A stretch of 34,485 nucleotides of DNA from the IMG/VR virus record IMGVR_UViG_3300023179_003795, positions 64,001 to 98,485 of that record; one strand, given 5' to 3'. The DNA is from a virus (taxonomy: Duplodnaviria > Heunggongvirae > Uroviricota > Caudoviricetes). Position numbers and translations under genes: made by a program. This document shows, piece by piece, positions 29,438 through 34,485 of the stretch (position 1 is its first letter; each line of letters begins with the position of its first letter). A model generated the notes under the pieces. That model searched no databases, was not told where the DNA came from, and worked only from the letters and a program-made list of their open reading frames with translations.

Positions 29438-29673
29438 ACAAATACCCTTCCATTTACATTTGGCATTTGGACAACACCATAATTATTAGGATTTACCTGA
29501 ACGGATGAGTATCTACTACTAATACTCATCACCGGTTCTAATTGAGTCGGTATATATGGAGCAAATACTAAACCAGTATTTAATACGCCAGCATTTCTTA
29601 ATACAGGTTCCCACTCATTGTTTAACACATTTCTTAACTTTCGTTGTGTATTATATTGTTTTATTGTTCTCAT
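29434..29673 (-). CDS. Mini-protein resembling joined N- and C-terminal segments of gp23-type major capsid protein
   Basis: NEWEPVLRNAGVL and GLVFAPYIP...EPVMSISSRY...VNP compared with recalled T4 gp23 NKWKPLLEGEGL and GIYYAPYV...QPVMGFKTRY...INP. Confidence 0.6.
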   Translation of the reverse strand: MRTIKQYNTQRKLRNVLNNEWEPVLRNAGVLNTGLVFAPYIPTQLEPVMSISSRYSSVQVNPNNYGVVQMPNVNGRVFV

Positions 29674-29677
29674 TACT

Positions 29678-29800
29678 ATGAACTACCCAACCACTAAAGA
29701 TGGTTTAGGCTTCCTACTTCTATGAGGGTCTAATGACTTACTCTCCGTAGGCATTACTTCAGGTTGATCCAACCTTAGTGCGTTTAACGCAAATCTTTTT
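29678..29800 (-). ncRNA. Putative omegaRNA scaffold overlapping the tnpB 3' end
   Basis: Successive hairpins TGCGT/ACGCA, AGGTTG/CAACCT, CCTAC...GTAGG enclosing GTC/GAC, and AACCA/TGGTT ending at the right end; the 5' boundary is approximate. Confidence 0.55.
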
Positions 29801-30870
29801 ATATTATTAGCCGCCAATACATCTCTTTCATGTGTTGTCCCACAACTATTACAAGTCCATCCCCTATCTTTTAATGTGAGGTCATTATTTATTACACCAC
29901 ATGAACACATCTTAGAACTAGACTCAAATCTACCTATTTTTAATATATTCACCCCATTCCATTCGGACTTATATTGTAATATATTTAAAAACATCCCCCA
30001 AGATACATCATTTATTGATCTGGCTAATTTATGGTTTTTAACCATTCCTTTTATATTTAAATCTTCTATACAAATAGTTTGGTTTTCACTAACTAGTTTA
30101 GAAGATATTTTATGAATATTATCTATTCTCTGATTGCTTATTTTTTCATGTATTTTAGCAACCTTTATTCTTTGTTTATTTCTATTATTAGAACCTTTTA
30201 CTTTCCTACTTAATTTTCTTTGCTCTCTTTTTAATTTCTTTAATGATTTATTTAAGAACTTATGATTTTCATATTTAACACCATTAGAAGTAATAATAAA
30301 ATCCTTTATACCTAAATCAATACCTATTGTTGTTTCTTCAGTTATACTATTTTTAGGTTTATTATTTTCATTTGTTTCACATAATATACTCACAAAGTAT
30401 TTACCGGTGGGTGTTTTACTTATTGTCGCTTGTCTTATTTCACCATTATGAGGTCTATCTATTTTAATGTTAATACCTTCTTTAAACTTAGGTATTATTA
30501 ATTTATTATCTTTTAATATAATAGATTGTGGTATCTCAAAACTATGATAATTATCACGCTTTGATTTAAACTTTGGAAAACTATTTTGTTTTCTGAAAAA
30601 ATTAGTAAAAGCAATATCTAAATGTCTATTAGATGCTTGTAATGCTTGTGAATTAACTTCTTTTAACCATGAATATTCTTCTTGTTTTTTTAATTCAGTT
30701 AATTGTTTATCTAAGTCAAATTTAGTTAATCTTTGTTTTTCATTCTGATACGCTTTAATTTTCTTACCCAAAGCCCAATTATAGATAAATCTAACAGATC
30801 CAAAGTGTTTATTTAACAATTCGGATTGGTTAATATTAGGGTATAATCTATATTTATATGATTTTAACAT
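29683..30870 (-). CDS. tnpB: RNA-guided endonuclease TnpB
   Basis: N-terminal YKYRLYPN HTH; RuvC residues IGIDLG, ICIEDL and HERDVLAANNI; zinc ribbon CSCG...CNSCG. Confidence 0.95.
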   Translation of the reverse strand: MLKSYKYRLYPNINQSELLNKHFGSVRFIYNWALGKKIKAYQNEKQRLTKFDLDKQLTELKKQEEYSWLKEVNSQALQASNRHLDIAFTNFFRKQNSFPKFKSKRDNYHSFEIPQSIILKDNKLIIPKFKEGINIKIDRPHNGEIRQATISKTPTGKYFVSILCETNENNKPKNSITEETTIGIDLGIKDFIITSNGVKYENHKFLNKSLKKLKREQRKLSRKVKGSNNRNKQRIKVAKIHEKISNQRIDNIHKISSKLVSENQTICIEDLNIKGMVKNHKLARSINDVSWGMFLNILQYKSEWNGVNILKIGRFESSSKMCSCGVINNDLTLKDRGWTCNSCGTTHERDVLAANNIKRFALNALRLDQPEVMPTESKSLDPHRSRKPKPSLVVG

Positions 30871-30876
30871 TCTATA

Positions 30877-30884
30877 TATAAATA
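30877..30884 (-). promoter_or_regulatory. TATTTATA motif upstream of tnpB
   Basis: TATTTATA-tataga-ATG, the same motif and spacing as in front of structural genes. Confidence 0.55.
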
Positions 30885-30928
30885 GTTAAAAATTATAAAA
30901 AGTACTTGTTTTAATTAAAAAAAATTCA

Positions 30929-31174
30929 TTAATGTAAATCATTATTTAATAGGTTTCTAATAATATTATTATCAATATTTCCACTTAATTCTTCACTTAA
31001 CAACCTTGTTAATTCAGCCTCAGCATCTATATTATGAAACGCAGAAATATCTTGAACCATTTCAGGTGTCCAAATCACTCTAATTGATCGAGCACCAACA
31101 TTAACATTAACAGTTCTTAAATTTAATTTAACTTTCCGTTTGTTTTCAATAATGTATTGATTTATAGTTCTCAT
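30929..31174 (-). CDS. Mini-protein containing the spine-helix segment of gp23-type major capsid protein
   Basis: ARSIRVIWTPEMVQDISAFHNIDAEAELTRLLSEEL...ID compared with recalled T4 gp23 SRQLKAAYSIELAQDLRAVHGMDADAELSGILATEI...IN. Confidence 0.75.
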   Translation of the reverse strand: MRTINQYIIENKRKVKLNLRTVNVNVGARSIRVIWTPEMVQDISAFHNIDAEAELTRLLSEELSGNIDNNIIRNLLNNDLH

Positions 31175-32373
31175 TTCAATACCGATCTATAAAATTCCAT
31201 CCTATTTTTTGATACAAAATCTAAGTTATATTTTTCTTTTACAGTTTCATATAACGCTTCACCCATATCTTTTATTTGTTCTGGGTTATTAATTAATTTC
31301 TTAATTGTTTTATGCCAATCTTTATGACTTCTTTTTTGTTCAATTAAAAACCCATTCTTACCATCAATAATATCTTCTGAATATGGTTCAATATGTGACG
31401 CAATTAACGCTTTTTTATGGAAACCCGCTTCCATTACTTTCAAGGATGATTTAACCCTATTAAACTCAGTTTCCACTAATGGTGCTAACGATATATCAAA
31501 GTAGTTATAGTTTGTAGCATATTTGTTAATTGGTAATGTCCATCTTCTTCTATATGGTTCATTCTTATCATCAAAATTACCTTGAGTAAATCTTTCTAAG
31601 TAATTCTTATATTGTGGTGAAATTATATTATAATTATCCGTTACAATCTTTTCATAATCATACCATACAGTTTCGTGTGGTTTAATTGGTTCTTGCATTT
31701 GCTCACCTGTTTGAGCATTTATGGTTGTTTTTGTCCCCCTTAAATCAAAACCACATAACACAAATTGTATTTTACTTATTACATTATTATCACCTGATAA
31801 AACATTTGTTACACCGTGTAATAATTGTAAATCTTTTAAATGTGATGAACCACCTAAATAACCTACACCAATTTTATCGTTTTCTTCTCTATTTGGAATA
31901 AATTGTCTATCTCTTGGATTAATAGCGTTAGGGAATATTACCACATTCTTATTATATTGTCTTATCTTAGAAGCAAAATATTCATTTGTTGTTGTAACAT
32001 AATCAAAAATCTTTAAGTTCTCAACTATTTTTTTATCTATTTGTTGAAATTTTACTATTTGATATAATCCGTGTGATGGATCAACCAACCAATGATCATC
32101 AATATCACCAATAATTATTTGATTTGGATTTTGTTGTTTTAATCTTTTATATATTTCAGGAGTAGCCCCAATATCAGGTGTTAAACTTCTATGACAGAAT
32201 ATAATATTATAATCTTTATACTTTGTAATATCTGTAAAGTCAGATATATCAATAATATCTATATGGATATCATTCTGAAACATTTCTTGTAGATGGACAT
32301 GAGGCCATCTCATTCTGTAAGCACCTACACCTGCCCCATCAATTGTTGTAACCAACATTTTAATTTTACTCAT
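31171..32373 (-). CDS. Glycosyltransferase, GT-B fold
   Basis: DIDDHW, YVTTTNEYFA, VVIFPNAI, GYLGGSSHLKDL and DISLAPL...KSSLKVMEAG...ALIAS motifs. Confidence 0.85.
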   Translation of the reverse strand: MSKIKMLVTTIDGAGVGAYRMRWPHVHLQEMFQNDIHIDIIDISDFTDITKYKDYNIIFCHRSLTPDIGATPEIYKRLKQQNPNQIIIGDIDDHWLVDPSHGLYQIVKFQQIDKKIVENLKIFDYVTTTNEYFASKIRQYNKNVVIFPNAINPRDRQFIPNREENDKIGVGYLGGSSHLKDLQLLHGVTNVLSGDNNVISKIQFVLCGFDLRGTKTTINAQTGEQMQEPIKPHETVWYDYEKIVTDNYNIISPQYKNYLERFTQGNFDDKNEPYRRRWTLPINKYATNYNYFDISLAPLVETEFNRVKSSLKVMEAGFHKKALIASHIEPYSEDIIDGKNGFLIEQKRSHKDWHKTIKKLINNPEQIKDMGEALYETVKEKYNLDFVSKNRMEFYRSVLK

Positions 32374-32412
32374 ACCACATATATAATTAAGACACCAGTA
32401 AAAATAAATATT
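32371..32412 (-). promoter_or_regulatory. Glycosyltransferase promoter/initiation region, copy A
   Basis: Two 16-nt blocks (32371-86 and 32397-412) identical to copy B, with a different 10-nt spacer; contains TATTTATT. Confidence 0.65.
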
Positions 32413-32457
32413 TATAAAAAAATACTATAAAAATCTTGTTTTTTTATTTTTTTTACG

Positions 32458-32465
32458 TATTTATA
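32458..32465 (+). promoter_or_regulatory. TATTTATA motif upstream of the RHH gene
   Basis: TATTTATA-taat-ATG (ATG at 32470). Confidence 0.6.
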
Positions 32466-32469
32466 TAAT

Positions 32470-32643
32470 ATGAGAAATAAAATAGAAGATGAAAAAAAGA
32501 AAGTTAAGGTGAGTATAACTTTAAACCCTGAATTAGATAAGATTATGGGTGAATTACATAAGAATAAATCTAAGTATATCGAACATTTAATTTATAGGGA
32601 TTTATTAAAAAACAATAAAATAAATGAAGATTTCATAATATAA
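32470..32643 (+). CDS. Ribbon-helix-helix DNA-binding protein (not in the ORF track)
   Basis: Hand translation MRNKIEDEKKKVKVSITLNPELDKIMGELHKNKSKYIEHLIYRDLLKNNKINEDFII* (57 aa); alternating beta strand KVSITL then two helices; TAATG overlap with the endonuclease. Confidence 0.7.
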   Translation: MRNKIEDEKKKVKVSITLNPELDKIMGELHKNKSKYIEHLIYRDLLKNNKINEDFII

Positions 32644-33326
32644 TGGATATAGAAATAATATACAAAAATGGTAGGTATTACGCAGATAGAAATTGTCCTA
32701 TTTGTGGTGATAAAATAATACACTCTACTGATGGAAAACAAAAAAACGCTAAATCTTACTTATTAAGAAACATAAAAACATCAATAAAAAATAATGTTAA
32801 ATGTCATAAGTGTAAAGTAATATCTCAAACAGGATCCGGTAATCCTTTTGCCGGTAAAAAACATAATAAAACTACATTAAAAAAAATATCTAAAAATAGG
32901 AAAGGTAAGGCTTGTGGTAAAAATAACAGTATGAATAAACCAGAAGTTAAAGATAAATGGGTTAAAAATACAACAAAATATAGATTAAAATCTAAAACTG
33001 AAGCATATATTTATAACGAATTAAAAAAAATATACCCTGATATTATATCAACTTTTTATATTTCAACAAAGCCTTTTGATTATTATATTCCAAGTAAAAA
33101 ATTACTTATCGAGTATAATGGTAATTATTTTCATTGTAACCCAACAATGTATAATGAAAACTATTTTAATAAAAAATTAAATAAAACCGCAAAAGAATTA
33201 TGGGAAAAAGACAAACAAAAAATATTATTGGGTTTAAATAATGGATTTAACGTATTAACCGTATGGGAGAAAGAATATATAAATAAAGGAATTAATTTTA
33301 TATTATATGAAATAAATAAATATTAA
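32643..33326 (+). CDS. Free-standing homing-type endonuclease (Zn finger + NUMOD3 + Vsr/DUF559-like PD-(D/E)xK domain)
   Basis: CPIC...CHKC, GNPFAGKKH...KISKNRKG (NUMOD3), and FDYYIP...LIEYNGNYFH...DKQK...GFNVLTVWE nuclease domain. Confidence 0.8.
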   Translation: MDIEIIYKNGRYYADRNCPICGDKIIHSTDGKQKNAKSYLLRNIKTSIKNNVKCHKCKVISQTGSGNPFAGKKHNKTTLKKISKNRKGKACGKNNSMNKPEVKDKWVKNTTKYRLKSKTEAYIYNELKKIYPDIISTFYISTKPFDYYIPSKKLLIEYNGNYFHCNPTMYNENYFNKKLNKTAKELWEKDKQKILLGLNNGFNVLTVWEKEYINKGINFILYEINKY

Positions 33327-33412
33327 ACCCCAGCACCATCAATAGTTGTCACCAACATCTTGATCTTGCCAGGGTTGTTTTTTTGTTCTCCCGTAATTTC
33401 GTTATTTTTCAT
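33323..33412 (-). pseudogene. Truncated 5' stub of the glycosyltransferase gene
   Basis: Hand translation MKNNEITGEQKNNPGKIKMLVTTIDGAGV*; the last 14 aa are identical to GT residues 3-16. Confidence 0.85.
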
Positions 33413-33451
33413 ACCACATATATAAGTATAAGGTTAGTAAAAATAAATATT
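33410..33451 (-). promoter_or_regulatory. Glycosyltransferase promoter/initiation region, copy B
   Basis: Blocks 33410-25 and 33436-51 are identical to copy A, at the same distance from the ATG. Confidence 0.65.
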
Positions 33452-33495
33452 AACTATATCTATGTTTTTATATCACCAAACCATATATTTTTAAT

Positions 33496-34392
33496 ATGAA
33501 AACAATTATTAGATATGCTGGTGGTAAATCCAGAGCAATTAAACATATTACACCATTTATTACGGATTATGATAAAATAGTATCACCCTTTATTGGTGGT
33601 GGTTCATTAGAAGTTCATTGGGCAGGTAATTTAAATAAGACAGTTATTGGTTATGATATTTTCGATCAATTAGTTAATTTTTGGCAAACTCTTTTATCCA
33701 ACCCAAAAGGTTTATCAGATGAGATGAAAAAAATTGAACCTACGATGGATGAGTATGATAAAATAAAAGAATTACTATTTAGAACAACAAACACCCAAGA
33801 ACTTTTAAAAAATTGGAGTACGGATCACTATAAAAGAGATAATGTAATTTCTTTAGATGATTTAACATTAGCAACATACTATTATTTTAGTCATAATTGT
33901 TCTTATGGTCCATCATTTTTAGGATGGGGAAGTAGTGTGTATTTAGACCCTAAAAAATGGGAAGGAATGATTAATAATGTTAATAATTTTAAATGTCCTA
34001 ACTTAGATGTTAAATTATTACCTTTTGAGTTATCTATACCACAACATAAAAATGATTTCTTATATTTAGATCCACCATATTTTTTAGAAAAAGATTCCGA
34101 TAATAAAATGCACAAAGGAATGTATCCAAGAAAAGAAATTGATGTCCATCATTCAGGTTTTAATCACGAATTATTAAGAGATTTATTATTAGAACATGAA
34201 GGGGATTTTGTTCTTTCATATAATAATTGTGAAACAATTAGGGAATTGTATAAAGGTTTTGATTTTTATTACCCAGAATGGACATACTCAATGGGTAACG
34301 GAGAAAAACGTATAGGTAAAAATAGATTACAAAATGGAGGTAAATCAACTAAAGATTCACACGAAATTTTAATCGTAAAAAAAGGGGTTTAA
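33496..34392 (+). CDS. dam: Dam-like (D12 class) N6-adenine DNA methyltransferase
   Basis: RYAGGKSR, SPFIGGGS (SAM binding) and LYLDPPY catalytic motif. GATC specificity is not established from sequence alone. Confidence 0.85.
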   Translation: MKTIIRYAGGKSRAIKHITPFITDYDKIVSPFIGGGSLEVHWAGNLNKTVIGYDIFDQLVNFWQTLLSNPKGLSDEMKKIEPTMDEYDKIKELLFRTTNTQELLKNWSTDHYKRDNVISLDDLTLATYYYFSHNCSYGPSFLGWGSSVYLDPKKWEGMINNVNNFKCPNLDVKLLPFELSIPQHKNDFLYLDPPYFLEKDSDNKMHKGMYPRKEIDVHHSGFNHELLRDLLLEHEGDFVLSYNNCETIRELYKGFDFYYPEWTYSMGNGEKRIGKNRLQNGGKSTKDSHEILIVKKGV

Positions 34393-34405
34393 TAACCCCT
34401 TTTTT
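34378..34405. terminator. Bidirectional intrinsic terminator
   Basis: AAAAAAGGGGTT-taat-AACCCCTTTTTT 12-bp stem at the methylase stop. Confidence 0.85.
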
Positions 34406-34484
34406 ATTTATATATATCAGGATATTTCCCATAATATATTTTTTTTAACAATGACGATATATGTGAATTTGGTATCACTTGTGG
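34404..34484 (-). CDS. Possible 3' end of a gene entering from the right edge
   Basis: Open frame PQVIPNSHISSLLKKIYYGKYPDIYK* stops at the terminator; only 27 codons are visible. Confidence 0.35.
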   Translation of the reverse strand, partial: PQVIPNSHISSLLKKIYYGKYPDIYK

Positions 34485-34485
34485 A

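Larger units (their letters stand above)
29678..30927 (-). mobile_element. tnpB-only (IS1341-type, non-autonomous) IS200/IS605 element
   Basis: Intact tnpB; right end GAAGCC...GGTTGGGTAGTTCAT typical of the family; candidate left junction after TTAAT (30932-30928); no tnpA. The boundaries are inferred. Confidence 0.7.
32326..33325 (+). mobile_element. 1,000-bp RHH + endonuclease cassette carrying a replacement glycosyltransferase 5' end
   Basis: Bounded by two copies of the KIKMLVTTIDGAGV-coding sequence exactly 1,000 bp apart (32326-32367 and 33326-33367); the endonuclease stop coincides with the breakpoint. Confidence 0.7.

Noticed and set aside
29159-31174. Shared 'MR' start of all three mini-ORFs as evidence of paralogy
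   Set aside because: ATGA stop/start overlaps favour ATG-AGA (also seen in dut). Only the 7-residue MRTI(N/K)QY match between two of the ORFs is counted as real.
31158-31177. Self-targeting of the paralogous MRTINQY gene start by the TnpB guide (about 16/20 match)
   Set aside because: It is preceded by GGTAT rather than the candidate TTAAT TAM, and has mismatches in the TAM-proximal seed.
32374-33325. Group I/II intron or intein explanation for the insertion in the GT gene
   Set aside because: No catalytic-core RNA structure or intein motifs are seen, the insert is almost fully occupied by antisense ORFs, and a duplicated start and promoter make splicing unnecessary.
715-34115. Short antisense or alternate-frame ORFs in the track (715, 3660, 3925, 10418, 10672, 11794, 14738, 17542, 17962, 20566, 25991, 26551, 29876, 31686, 33903)
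   Set aside because: All lie wholly or almost wholly within longer, motif-bearing genes, and have shadow-frame composition with no recognisable motifs.
1-34485. CRISPR array, tRNA or rRNA genes, DGR
   Set aside because: Intergenic gaps are short, with no regularly spaced repeats or cloverleaf/T-loop signatures, and there is no reverse transcriptase or adenine-specific repeat pair. The only duplication has synonymous, not A-specific, changes.

Overview
Very AT-rich, gene-dense window of a large T4-like (myovirus/jumbo-type) phage, read in the standard genetic code. A Bacteroidota host is suggested by a consensus TTTG-N20-TAnnTTTG promoter, the lack of obvious Shine-Dalgarno motifs, and HAD and Hc1-like genes. 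Left to right: small accessory genes and a RuvC-like resolvase; a ~17 kb baseplate/tail-associated structural module split into two divergent operons; an accessory/early island (nucleotidyltransferase fusion, DUF6011-like protein); a replication/nucleotide block (class II RNR, DnaB-like helicase, dUTPase, 5'-3' exonuclease); three mini-ORFs interrupted by a tnpB-only IS200/IS605 element; a glycosyltransferase; an RHH + endonuclease cassette; and a Dam-like methylase. Two observations stand out. (1) A 1,000-bp RHH/endonuclease cassette sits inside the 5' end of the glycosyltransferase gene. The gene is restored by a second, synonymously recoded copy of its N-terminus and promoter, and a 29-codon stub of the other start remains. 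(2) Translationally coupled mini-genes appear to be built from fragments of virion proteins (gp23-type major capsid spine helix, capsid N+C termini, a tail-fibre-like C-terminal motif), and a shrunken tail-tube-like paralog lies elsewhere in the window. Family assignments come from recalled motifs, not from database searches.
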